Shown here in pieces: positions 44,113 to 54,172 of a DNA stretch of 64,000 bases. The notes under the pieces are model-generated. The model saw only the letters and a program-made list of their open reading frames with translations, had not been told where the DNA came from and searched no databases. The stretch is taken from assembly GCA_963707025.1 (NCBI GenBank), contig CAVPOM010000007.1, positions 288,001-352,000 of the forward strand, read 5' to 3'. Source of the stretch: an uncultured Verrucomicrobiae bacterium. GTDB lineage: Bacteria; Verrucomicrobiota; Verrucomicrobiia; Limisphaerales; Palsa-1400. The position numbers and the translations under genes are program-made. Every line of letters begins with the position of its first letter. Position 1 is the first letter of the stretch.

Positions 44113-44167
44113 GGTAGGGCGCGCACTCCGTGCGCGCCGCGGCGGGCAGCGGAGTGCCCGCCCTACC
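44113..44167. repeat. GTAG-type REP doublet
   Basis: ggtagggcgcgcactccgtgcgcgcc ... gggcagcggagtgcccgccctacc. Confidence 0.8.
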
Positions 44168-44208
44168 TTTCGCGGCCTGTCCAAAACTGGCCCGTTATCC
44201 CGTAAAAT

Positions 44209-46280
44209 CTACTTCGCCGCCTGATCCAGGGCGTGGAGGACGATGGCGGGGGTCAGGATGGTCGGAAGCACCTGCGGTGGCCGGTTCAGGTCTTTGGAAT
44301 AGACCAGCACCAGCGGCACGCCGGCCGAGCCTCGCCATCGCACCAATTCCTGCGCAATCACCGGGTCTTCATCGGTGAAATCGGCCTCAAATGACACCGC
44401 GCCGATTTCCCGCAGCTTGGCCCGCGTCTGCTCAATTTCCAGACTGGAAGCTTTATTGGCAATGCAAGTCAGGCAGGTTTTCGCCGTGAAATCCACCAGC
44501 GCCGGATGCCCCTCCTTGCGCGCCTGCTCGACGGCCTGTGGGTTCCAGGTTTTCCAGGCGATGCCGGTTCTCGAAGGGTTGGGCAAAAGCGCGAAGCCAT
44601 CCGCCGCCACCAGCAAAAGGCATGCGGCCGCGGCCAAACCTTTGCGGCGCGTTCCCCGTTGCACGAACTGCCCCCAGACCCACGCCGCCAACGCCAGCAC
44701 CACCAAAAAAACTCCAGCAACAGCATGTCCGCCTGGTTTCGGGTGGACCCATACACCAGCCACAGCGCCGTCGCCAGCATGGGAAAGCCCATGGCGATTT
44801 TGAATTTTTCCATCCAGGCGCCGGGCTTGGGCAGCGCCTGGAGCAGGCGCGGTTGCCAGCAAATCAACACAAAGGGAAAGGCCAACCCCGCGCCAATCGC
44901 CAGAAACACCAGCAGCGTGACGACGGGCGGCTGGGTGAAGGCGAATGCCAGCGCCCCGGCCAGATATGGGGCGGTGCAGGGCGTGGCCAAAACGGTGGCG
45001 AGAACACCGTTGCAAAACGCCCCGCCGTAGCCATGCCGCGACGCCAGGCCGGAGGCCGATCCCATCATCCCCGCGCCCAGGTTGATTTCAAACAGGCCGA
45101 ACAGGTTGAGGGCGATCAAAGTCATCAACACTGTCAGGATCACCCGGAACTGCGGGTGGCGAATGGCATCACCCCAACCGGCCGCGCCGCCGGCCTGTTG
45201 CGTCCCAATGGCCAGTCCGGCCAGGACGAGAAATGAAATCATGACTCCGGCCCCATAGACCAATCCGAGACGCCTCACCCGCCCGGGCGTTTCCTTGGAT
45301 TGATTGACAAATCCGAGCGCCTTGAGCGCAATGACCGGCAGCACGCACGGCATCACGTTCAAAATCAGCCCGGCCAGGAACGCAATCAGCAACTCCAGAA
45401 CCAGCCCCGCCGACGAAGCGGCGGCGGCCGCCGGCTCCTGCAGCGGCAGATTTACCTCCACGGCCAGCAGCCTTTGCGAATTATTCGTGGCCACCAGGAT
45501 TCCGGCCAGCCGCTCCGGCCAGGGGCCTTCGCCCTTCTTGACCATTTTGCGGAGGCGAACATGGCCCGGTTCTCCCGGCAAAATATCCGTCGCCCCCTGC
45601 ACGTCGGCCGCCGGTTGTTCGTAGGGGTAGAAATCGGCCGGTTTGTTCCCCGATTCCCAGTCAATAATAACGGCGCGCGGGCTGGCCGGCGCGGCGCTTT
45701 CCCATCGCGCCGCCGCCGCCAGGGGCGCGCCGGTCTGCGGCAGCCGGGCGCGCCATTCTTCCAGCAAGCCCGCGTTGGCGGAAGGCTTGTCCTCGGCCCC
45801 CACGGTCAAGCTGGCGCTCACCGCCGCCTTGCAAGGAACGCAGGAATCCTTGCATTCCAACCACCCCAGCTCCGCGCTCAACTGCACCGGGCCGGGGCGC
45901 AAATCCGCGGCCAGCCTGATGGGAACCAGCAACACCACCCGGCCCTCGTAGCCGTAAGTGTAGAGCGAGACGTCCCCGGCGGTGGTGACCGATTTTTCCG
46001 GGATGGGCCACTGGATTTCGCCCGCGCTGATGCCCCGGGGAAGAGTCCATTTCGCCGTGGTCGCCAAGCCGGCATCGCCGCCGTTGCGCCAATAAGTATG
46101 CCAGCCGGGGGCCATTTTCAGTTCCAGCCCGGCCCAAATGGTCTCCCCCGGCCTGGCTGATTGGGCGGACAGGAGCATTCGCGTTTGCGTGGTGGCCCCG
46201 CCAAAAACCGCGCCATCGCCCTGGGCCAGGACCGGGAGCGCCAGGCCAACCGCCAAAATCGTGAGAGACAAACGCTTCAT
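44209..46280 (-). pseudogene. dsbD: Protein-disulfide reductase DsbD family, frameshifted at the A7 run 44705-44711
   Basis: GWHTYW, LNVMPCVLPV, ATPCTAP, then DFTAKTCLTC thioredoxin domain in another frame. Confidence 0.85.
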
Positions 46281-46384
46281 CCGCGCACACAATAACCATC
46301 GAAAGGTTGATCCCGCAAGGCGGGAGCAAAACACAAATCGTGAACGTCAGTAACGGAGCGGCCGAGTGGTGCCAGACTCTCTCC

Positions 46385-46443
46385 CCATCACTCCATCACT
46401 CCATCACTCCATTACAGCACCGCTCCACCACTCCATCACTCCA
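46385..46443. repeat. (CCATCACT)n octamer tandem repeat
   Basis: Three perfect plus several degenerate units directly before the cls-like start. Confidence 0.8.
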
Positions 46444-46448
46444 CTGCC

Positions 46449-47585
46449 ATGAGTCACCACAGCGCCATTGACGCCGCTGACCAGATGGATTTTCAGTGGC
46501 TGCAAACTGGCGCGGAGGCGCTGGCCGAGATGCTCGCCGCCATCGCGGCCGCGCAGCGCTCGGTCCGGTTGGAGATGTACCATTTCGATCCCAGCCCGGT
46601 GGCGGACCAGTTTCGCGACGCCCTCATCGCCGCCGCCCGCCGCGGAGCGCGCGTGCAAGTCCTGGTGGATGCCTTCGGTTCCATGTCGCTGCCCGACGGC
46701 TATTGGGAAAGCTTGCGGGCGGCGGGGGGACAAGCGCGTTGGTTCAATCCCGAAAGCCTCAACCGTTTCGGGATTCGCGATCATCGCAAAATCCTGGTGT
46801 GCGACGACGCGCTGGCCTTCATTGGCGGCTTCAACATTGCCGCCGAATATCAGGGAGACGGCATCATCTCCGGCTGGCGCGATTTGGGGCTGAAAATCCG
46901 GGGACGGCTGGCCGGAGAATTGGCGGCGGCGGCGGATGAAATGTTTGCCGGGGCCAATTTCCGGCACAAACCGTTTTTCCGCCTGCGCAAATCGTCCCGG
47001 CAAAAGACCGTTTCCTTCACCGGCGGCAAGCTGGTCCTGACCGGACCGGGGCGCAACAACGCGATCAAACTCGCCTTGGCGCGCGACCTGAAACACGCGC
47101 GGCGGGTGGCCATTATCTGCGCCTATTTTTTGCCGCCGCACCGCCTGCGGCGCGCGCTGGCCCGCCTGGCCCGGCGCGGCGCCAAAGTGCGGTTGATTCT
47201 GCCCGGCAAGTCCGACGTGCTGCTCTCGCTGCTGGCCGCGCGCAGCCTCTACCGCCAGCTCCTGGGCGCGGGGGTGGAGATCTACGAATACCAGCCGCAG
47301 ATTCTCCATGCCAAATTGTTTCTTATTGACGATGTGGCCTATGTGGGGTCGTCCAACCTCGATGCCCGCAGCCTCAACATCAATTATGAGCTGATGCTGC
47401 GGTTGCCCGATCCCGGGCACGCCTCGGCGGGACGCGAGATCTTTGCCAGTGTTCTGGCGCAAAGCCGGCGCATTGAACTGGAGCCCTGGCGGCGTTCGCG
47501 CACCTTGCTGGACCGGATCAAGGGACGGCTGGCGCGCTGGCTTCTGTCGCGGGTGGACCCGTACCTTGCCGGAAAGTTTTCCTGA
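46449..47585 (+). CDS. Phospholipase D / cardiolipin synthase (ClsB-like)
   Basis: Two HKD motifs, HRKILVCD and HAKLFLID..GSSN. Confidence 0.9.
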   Translation: MSHHSAIDAADQMDFQWLQTGAEALAEMLAAIAAAQRSVRLEMYHFDPSPVADQFRDALIAAARRGARVQVLVDAFGSMSLPDGYWESLRAAGGQARWFNPESLNRFGIRDHRKILVCDDALAFIGGFNIAAEYQGDGIISGWRDLGLKIRGRLAGELAAAADEMFAGANFRHKPFFRLRKSSRQKTVSFTGGKLVLTGPGRNNAIKLALARDLKHARRVAIICAYFLPPHRLRRALARLARRGAKVRLILPGKSDVLLSLLAARSLYRQLLGAGVEIYEYQPQILHAKLFLIDDVAYVGSSNLDARSLNINYELMLRLPDPGHASAGREIFASVLAQSRRIELEPWRRSRTLLDRIKGRLARWLLSRVDPYLAGKFS

Positions 47586-47670
47586 GAGCCTGGCGAAGGG
47601 CCGTCATTTTTCACTGGAACCACCCGCCGGCGCGGGCGCCGGTTTGTGCGACATAACCTCTGAATCCGGG

Positions 47671-48541
47671 CTACTTGGCCAGAGCAACCAGGTAGCGCTG
47701 CAAACGTTCGCTTTGGGCCGGGGATTTCAGATGGGTGTAAATCTGGTGGAGATTGACGCAGATTTTCAGCAAAAGGCGGCGCGCGCTCACCGGGGCCAGA
47801 CAGCTTTCGTCGAAGGGATGGCGCAGTGTCGCCACGTACTTGACGCAATCGGCCTTGGCCAGCAGACGGCCCTTGCGGAACGGGTCAATATAAATCTCAT
47901 GCCCGGCTGGATTGGTAGCGGCAGACAAAATGACCGGGCAACCCGATGCCCACCACCGGCAGCTTCAGCCGGCGCGCCACCAACAAATACACCACGCTCA
48001 GGCTGATGTGGCTTCCCTTCCGCCGGTCCAGCACCCGGTTGAGATAACTGTTCTCAGGATCGTGAAAATTGATTTCATCCCCCGTAAATTTCTGTTCCGC
48101 GAACAAATAGTCGCCCATGACGCTCAGGATCTGCACCGCATCCCCGCTCAAATCCAGGCGGTCGCGCAATTCTCCCGCCAGATGGTCCAGCAGCGCGCTG
48201 TAGGCCTCCATATTGATGCCGGGATACTGCGTCCGCGCCAGGAGCAAGGCCCCCTGCTCAAGATCGAAGTCCTCCCCTTGGTTCAAACAAAAGGCCAGCA
48301 ACTGCGTGTCCGCGTCCTGCCGCGAAAAATAATGGATGATCTCCTGGGCGTGGCGGCGCAGCACCGGATCGTTGCTCAGGCAATGTTCCCGCACCCACTG
48401 GGTGGCGATGGGGCCATAGGAGAGGATCTTTTGCCGCACCGTCCGATACACCGCCGGATCCTCGTCCGCCAGCAGGCTGACCAGCGCTTTCCGCTGTTTT
48501 TCATCCAGCTTGCCTGATGTTTTGGCGGTCATCGAACTCAT
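47671..48541 (-). pseudogene. SirB1/transglutaminase-like protein, frameshifted near 47903
   Basis: PENSYLNRVLDRRKG and GLPGHF, then YIDPF in another frame. Confidence 0.8.
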
Positions 48542-48781
48542 AGGATACTCCTGAGCTTGCCATAAACCCCCAGGAACTTCAACCATAATTTCTGCATTTA
48601 TCGAAAAAAGGCGCCTTTCACCTTTCTGGCGGCCGCTCCCTGGCCCCGTCCTCATCTCATTCCCAAGGGCCGGAGACGGGTGCCGGGAAGTGTTTTTTGA
48701 ACGGGAATCCTCATTTGGGGTCTTTTACTTTGTGATACAAAGTTAACCTCCATTTCGCCCGCGCCGCCCCGCGCCCACACC

Positions 48782-50362
48782 ATGAATCCGCTCTCTGCCC
48801 TTCTGGGAAACGTCCCCGCCAATCCTTTCTACCAGCCGCGGCCCGCACTCTGGCTGCCGCGCGAAATGGCGGAGGCGCCGCCGCTGCCGCCGCTCCACCC
48901 CGGCGCCCGCCGCCAGCCCCGGCTGGCCCTGCTCATCAATCCGTTTTACGCCAAATCGCCGCATTCCAGCTTCGGCAAACATGTTCTCACCCCGACCCTG
49001 GCGCTGACTTCCGTTGCCGCCGCGACGCCGGAGGATTGGCAGGTCCGCTGCTGGGATGAAAATCTTCTGCAAGGCCCGCCGCCGGCCGACCCGCTGCCGG
49101 AAGTTGTTGGCATCTCCGTGCATTTGACGTTCTCCAAACGCGCCTTTGCGCTGGCCGGGTGGTATCGCGCCCACGGGTGCAAGGTCATCCTCGGCGGCTT
49201 GCACACGCTCGCCTGTCCGGAGGAATGCGCGCCGCACGCCGACGCGCTGGCCATCGGCGACGGGGTTGTCTTGTGGCCGGAAATTTTGCGCGATGCCGCG
49301 CTGGAGCGGCTTCGGCCGCAGTACGCCGCGGCTTACCAGCGGGCCGGCGACCTTGATCCGGCGCCGCGCCGCGACCTGGCGCCCCGGCGGAGTTTTCTCA
49401 CGACCACCAGCCTGATGGCCACCTGGGGCTGCCACAACCGGTGCGGCTTCTGTTACCTGGCGACCGATGGGTTGCGAATGCCCTACCGCATGCGGCCGCC
49501 GGAGGACATCCGCCGGCAGTTTGAGGCGGACGGGCAGCCCTATGGAGTTTTTATTGACAACAATCTCGGCTCCCGGCCGGAATATCTGCGCGCCTTGTGC
49601 CAGGCGCTGCGGCCGCTGGAAAAGATCTGGAGCGCCGCCGTCACCCTCGACGTGTCGGACGACGCGGCCCTGGTCCGGGAAATGGCGCTGGCGGGTTGCA
49701 CGGGAGTGTTCATCGGCTTTGAATCGCTTTCGGACCGGAACCTGGCCGGGGCGCGCAAGCGGACGCCCCTGGTTGAAGACTACGCGCGACGGGTGCGGCT
49801 TTTTCACGACCACGGCATTCAGGTCAACGGGAGTTTTGTTTTCGGGTTTGATGGCGACGGCCGCGACGTTTTTGCGGCCACCTCGCAATGGATTGAATCC
49901 GTCCGCATGGAATGCGCCACCTTTCACATCTTGACTCCTTATCCGGGCACGCCGCTGTTCCGGCAACTGGAGAGGGAGGGACGCTTGCTGCATCGGGATT
50001 GGGAGAAATACGACACCGCTCATGTGGTTTTCCGGCCAAAGCAAATGACGGAGGAGGAATTGCTGCTGGGCTACGATTGGACCTACCGGCGGCTTTTTTC
50101 GCACGCCTCGATCTGGCGGCGGCGGCCGGCCGCGCTGGCGGCCTGGTCGGCCTACCTGGGGTCGGCTTACCTCTACAAGCGGTCCAACCGCCTGTGGCAT
50201 TTCTTGATTAAGCACCAGTTGGTTCATGCCGTTTGGCGGCCCATGGTGGAACTGACGCGCATTCGCCATGTGCGATTTCGCAACCGCCTGGCCCGGGCCA
50301 CGGCCAGCCCGGCGGACTCCCGCCCCAGCCAGCGGCGAAACTTTGTGCCCGCCGGAGTTTGA
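48782..50362 (+). CDS. B12-binding-domain radical SAM protein
   Basis: VILGGLH, CHNRCGFC, FIGFES, ILTPYPGT. Confidence 0.9.
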   Translation: MNPLSALLGNVPANPFYQPRPALWLPREMAEAPPLPPLHPGARRQPRLALLINPFYAKSPHSSFGKHVLTPTLALTSVAAATPEDWQVRCWDENLLQGPPPADPLPEVVGISVHLTFSKRAFALAGWYRAHGCKVILGGLHTLACPEECAPHADALAIGDGVVLWPEILRDAALERLRPQYAAAYQRAGDLDPAPRRDLAPRRSFLTTTSLMATWGCHNRCGFCYLATDGLRMPYRMRPPEDIRRQFEADGQPYGVFIDNNLGSRPEYLRALCQALRPLEKIWSAAVTLDVSDDAALVREMALAGCTGVFIGFESLSDRNLAGARKRTPLVEDYARRVRLFHDHGIQVNGSFVFGFDGDGRDVFAATSQWIESVRMECATFHILTPYPGTPLFRQLEREGRLLHRDWEKYDTAHVVFRPKQMTEEELLLGYDWTYRRLFSHASIWRRRPAALAAWSAYLGSAYLYKRSNRLWHFLIKHQLVHAVWRPMVELTRIRHVRFRNRLARATASPADSRPSQRRNFVPAGV

Positions 50363-50389
50363 ACGGTTGGAATTGCCCAAAGGCGATGA

Positions 50390-51469
50390 TTGCAGGATGA
50401 TGACGCTGTGATCGGCCAACCTTCATCGCCGCGCGGCCGGGGCGCCGCCAGCAACCCGCCCAATCGCTTTGCGCCCATCCGGCTGGAACGGGACCCGGAC
50501 TGGAATCCGGAGGAGGACCCGGCGCCCAGGACCCAGTTCTTGCGCGATCTGTCCCAGACCATCATCAGCTACAACGACAGCCCCGACATCCCGTTCAAAG
50601 CCAGCCTCAATCCTTATCGCGGCTGCGAGCATGGCTGCAGTTATTGTTACGCCCGCAACACCCATGAGTATCTGGGTTTCTCCGCCGGCTTGGACTTCGA
50701 GACGAAAATCATGGTGAAGGAAGACGCGCCCGAACTGCTGCGGCGCGAGCTTTCCTCGCCAAAATGGAAACCCCAAACATTGGCCATGAGCGGCGTGACC
50801 GACTGCTATCAACCCATTGAGCGCCGGCTGCAATTGACCCGGCGATGCCTGGCCGTTTTGGCCGAATTCAGAAATCCGGTGAGCATCATCACCAAAAATT
50901 ACCTCGTGACGCGGGACATTGATCTGCTGCGGGAACTGGCGGCCCACCAGGCGGTGACGGTTCATCTTTCCATCAACTCACTCGACAGCGATCTGGCCAG
51001 AAAACTCGAACCGCGCGCAGCGTCCCCCAAAATGCGGCTGGCGGCAGTCGAGGCCCTGGCAAATGCCGGCGTGCCTGTGGGTGTGCTGGTTGCCCCGGTC
51101 ATCCCCGCCCTGAACGACCACGAGATTCCGGCGGTCCTGGCCGCAGCCAAAGCCGCCGGCGCGGTCTCGGCCGGCACCGAAATCCTGCGCTTGCCGTTGA
51201 CGGTCGCGCCGGTTTTTGAACAGTGGCTGGAACAGAACGTTCCCGGAAAAAAAGACAAAGTATTGAACCGCATCCGCGCCATGCGGGGCGGCCCACTCAA
51301 CGATCCCCGTTTCGGTTCCCGCATGAGCGGCCAGGGGATATTCGCCGACCAGATATCGCAGATGTTCCACGTCGCGCGCCGCAAGGCGGGCCTGCCTGAG
51401 GATGGCCCTGAGCTTTCCGCCGCCGCCTTTCGCAGGCCGGATGGAGCGCAGTTGCGGTTGGGCTTTTGA
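50390..51469 (+). CDS. PA0069/SplB-like radical SAM protein
   Basis: NPYRGCEHGCSYCYAR, SGVTDCYQP, terminal QLRL. Confidence 0.92.
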   Translation: MQDDDAVIGQPSSPRGRGAASNPPNRFAPIRLERDPDWNPEEDPAPRTQFLRDLSQTIISYNDSPDIPFKASLNPYRGCEHGCSYCYARNTHEYLGFSAGLDFETKIMVKEDAPELLRRELSSPKWKPQTLAMSGVTDCYQPIERRLQLTRRCLAVLAEFRNPVSIITKNYLVTRDIDLLRELAAHQAVTVHLSINSLDSDLARKLEPRAASPKMRLAAVEALANAGVPVGVLVAPVIPALNDHEIPAVLAAAKAAGAVSAGTEILRLPLTVAPVFEQWLEQNVPGKKDKVLNRIRAMRGGPLNDPRFGSRMSGQGIFADQISQMFHVARRKAGLPEDGPELSAAAFRRPDGAQLRLGF

Positions 51470-51654
51470 ACTTTCCAGAGGTGCGGTTTCCACCGGCCGG
51501 ACGGACCGCCCCAGACATCGGCGTCAGGCCTCAACCCGGACCTGGAAGACCTCTCCAAAATCGCGCCAAAACTTTTGTTGGAACAAATTTTCAACTTGGC
51601 ACTCGAACAGAGGAGAACAGGAACTACTGAACCGCGCATCATACGAAAATCAAT

Positions 51655-53967
51655 ATGAACACGACACGATTCGGCCGTGAGAGCCGCTGCTCTCCACCCT
51701 CCGTGACTCAACCAAGTCGAACCATTGCCTGCGCCGCCTTGGCCCTCCTTGTGGCCATGGCCGCGTTAAATCCGAAACCTGCCTGGGCGCAGAATGCCTT
51801 TGTCCAGAGCAATCTTGTCTCCGACGTAACGGGACTTGCGGCATTCACGGACATGAACCTCGTCAATCCCTGGGGGATCGCCGTTTCCGGGACCAGCCCG
51901 TTCTGGATTGCGGACAACGGGACGGGCCTCTCCACCGTGTACAACAGCGCCGGAGCCATCCAGTCGCTGCTGGTCACCATCCCGCCGCCCGCCGGACAAA
52001 CCAACACGGCGGCTCCGACCGGCATCATCGCCAATGCGGCGACGGGCTTTCTGGCGACCAGCACCAACACGGCCCATTTCATCTTCTGCACGGAGGATGG
52101 GACCATTTCCGCCTGGAACACCGGCAGCGCCGCTGTCCTCAAAGTGGATTACTCCGCTTCCAATGCCGTTTTCAAAGGACTGGCCGCCGGGGTTAGTGGC
52201 GGAAGCAATTTCATTTACGCGACCGATTTTCATAACGGCCAGGTTGATGTTTTCGATACCAATTACGCGCAGGCCGCCCTGGCTGGCTCCTTTCTCGACG
52301 GCGCCCTTCCGGCGGGATACGCCCCCTTTGGCATTCAAAACATCAATGGAGACCTTTTTGTGACCTACGCCTTGCAGGATGGCGCCAAACACGACGATGT
52401 GGCCGGCCCCGGCTACGGCTATGTGGTCAAGTTTGATACCAGCGGCAATCTGCTGCAGCGCTTCTCTTCTCAAGGAGCGCTCAACGCTCCCTGGGGCTTG
52501 GCCGTGGCTCCTGCGGGCTTCGGGCCTTTTACCGGCGATGTTCTGGTCGGCAATTTCGGAGACGGACGCATCAACGCTTTCGATCCGCAAACCGGTGAAT
52601 GGCTGGGGGCTTTGAACAACGCCAGCGGCGCGCCTTTCGCCGTTTCCGGTCTCTGGGCCATCCTCTTCGGCAATGGGCATAGCGGAGGCAGCACGGGCAA
52701 GCTCTATTTCACCGCGGGCATCACTGGCGAAAGCCAGGGCCTGTTTGGAAGTCTTGCTCCGCTTTATCCGGGCGCCACCAACGGCAGCACTTACCTGCAA
52801 AACAATCTGGTCTCAGACATCGCCGGACTGGCGGCGGTCACGGACACGAACCTGGTCAATCCTTGGGCAATCGCCATTTCCGGCACCAGCCCGTTCTGGA
52901 TTGCGGACAACGGGCCGGGCCTGTCCACAGTGTACAACAGCGCCGGAGCCATCCAGTCGCTGGTGGTCACCATCCCGCCGCCCGCCGGACAAACCAACAC
53001 GGCGGCTCCCAGCGGAGCCATCGCCAATGCGGCGGCGGGCTTTCTGGCGACGGGCACCGCCACGGCCCATTTCATCTTCTCCACCGAGGACGGCACCATT
53101 TCCGCCTGGAACACCGGCAGCGCCGCTGTGCTCAAAGTGGATTATTCCACTTCCAACGCGGTCTTCAAAGGACTGGCCGCCGGGGTCAGCGGCGGGACCA
53201 ATTTCATTTACGCGACCGATTTTCATAACGGGCAGGTGGATGTCTTTGCCTCCGACTACACTCAGGTCACCCTGGCGGGTTCCTTTTCCGACCCTGCCAT
53301 TCCCGCCGGATTCGCCCCGTTCGGCGTGCAGAATATCAACGGAGAACTCTTCGTCACCTACGCCTTGCAGGATGGCGCCAAACACGATGATGTGAGCGGC
53401 CCCGGCAACGGCTACGTGGACATATTTAGCACCAGCGGCGTTCTCCTCCAACAATTCGTCGTCCAGTCCGTGCTCAATTCGCCGTGGGGCGTGGCGCTGG
53501 CCCCGGTTGGTTTCGGCGCGTATGGTGGGAATATTTTGATCGGTAATTTTGGCGATGGCCGCATCAACGTCTTCAATCCCACGACCGGCGCGTGGTTGGG
53601 CGCGCTGATGAACAACACCAACGGAGGCCCGATCGAAGTGAGGGGCCTTTGGGGCCTGGCCTTCGGCAACGGCAAAAGTGGCGGCGACGTTCACACCCTT
53701 TACTTCACGGCGGGAATCAACGGCGAAGACGATGGCTTGTTCGGGAGCATTGCCGCCGTTGCGCCGATGTTCACGGGCGTGGCCAACAATGGGACCAACC
53801 TCTCGCTCAGTTGGGGGGGTGGCGGCCCCGGCCCCTTTGTCGTGCAGGAAAGCACCAACCTTTCCAGCGCCAATTGGTCCACCGTCACCAACACGACGAA
53901 TTCGAGCGTGATCATCAGCAGCACCAATCAGAATGCTTTCTTCCGCTTGTTGAATCAGGGGGACTAA
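51655..53967 (+). CDS. Secreted protein with two tandem TIGR03118-like domains and a short C-terminal domain
   Basis: NLVNPW, WIADNG, GYAPFGIQ, GNFGDGRIN and LYFTAG each occur twice, 993 bp apart. Confidence 0.85.
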   Translation: MNTTRFGRESRCSPPSVTQPSRTIACAALALLVAMAALNPKPAWAQNAFVQSNLVSDVTGLAAFTDMNLVNPWGIAVSGTSPFWIADNGTGLSTVYNSAGAIQSLLVTIPPPAGQTNTAAPTGIIANAATGFLATSTNTAHFIFCTEDGTISAWNTGSAAVLKVDYSASNAVFKGLAAGVSGGSNFIYATDFHNGQVDVFDTNYAQAALAGSFLDGALPAGYAPFGIQNINGDLFVTYALQDGAKHDDVAGPGYGYVVKFDTSGNLLQRFSSQGALNAPWGLAVAPAGFGPFTGDVLVGNFGDGRINAFDPQTGEWLGALNNASGAPFAVSGLWAILFGNGHSGGSTGKLYFTAGITGESQGLFGSLAPLYPGATNGSTYLQNNLVSDIAGLAAVTDTNLVNPWAIAISGTSPFWIADNGPGLSTVYNSAGAIQSLVVTIPPPAGQTNTAAPSGAIANAAAGFLATGTATAHFIFSTEDGTISAWNTGSAAVLKVDYSTSNAVFKGLAAGVSGGTNFIYATDFHNGQVDVFASDYTQVTLAGSFSDPAIPAGFAPFGVQNINGELFVTYALQDGAKHDDVSGPGNGYVDIFSTSGVLLQQFVVQSVLNSPWGVALAPVGFGAYGGNILIGNFGDGRINVFNPTTGAWLGALMNNTNGGPIEVRGLWGLAFGNGKSGGDVHTLYFTAGINGEDDGLFGSIAAVAPMFTGVANNGTNLSLSWGGGGPGPFVVQESTNLSSANWSTVTNTTNSSVIISSTNQNAFFRLLNQGD

Positions 53968-54172
53968 CATCGCGATACGCATGGCCGGGCGCAACCTTCG
54001 GGTCATCCTGGCCGCCACGGAGGACACCTGGACTGGCTGGAGCAATTTCATGAAAACTGCAGCCGCACGGAAGCCGGCCAAACGGCCTCCTCTCCCCGGA
54101 ACTCTCCAGCACCGCCTTGCGCAGGCCGGATGGGTCCCGGTTGGGGCCGGGCTTGTAGTGATTAACTCCCAA

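Noticed and set aside
47897..47899. Selenocysteine TGA in the SirB1-like gene
   Set aside because: The downstream part is in a different frame, so this is a frameshift
53968..54172. Small gene between the TIGR03118-like gene and the 54173 gene
   Set aside because: Candidate frames run into neighbours and show no recognisable family
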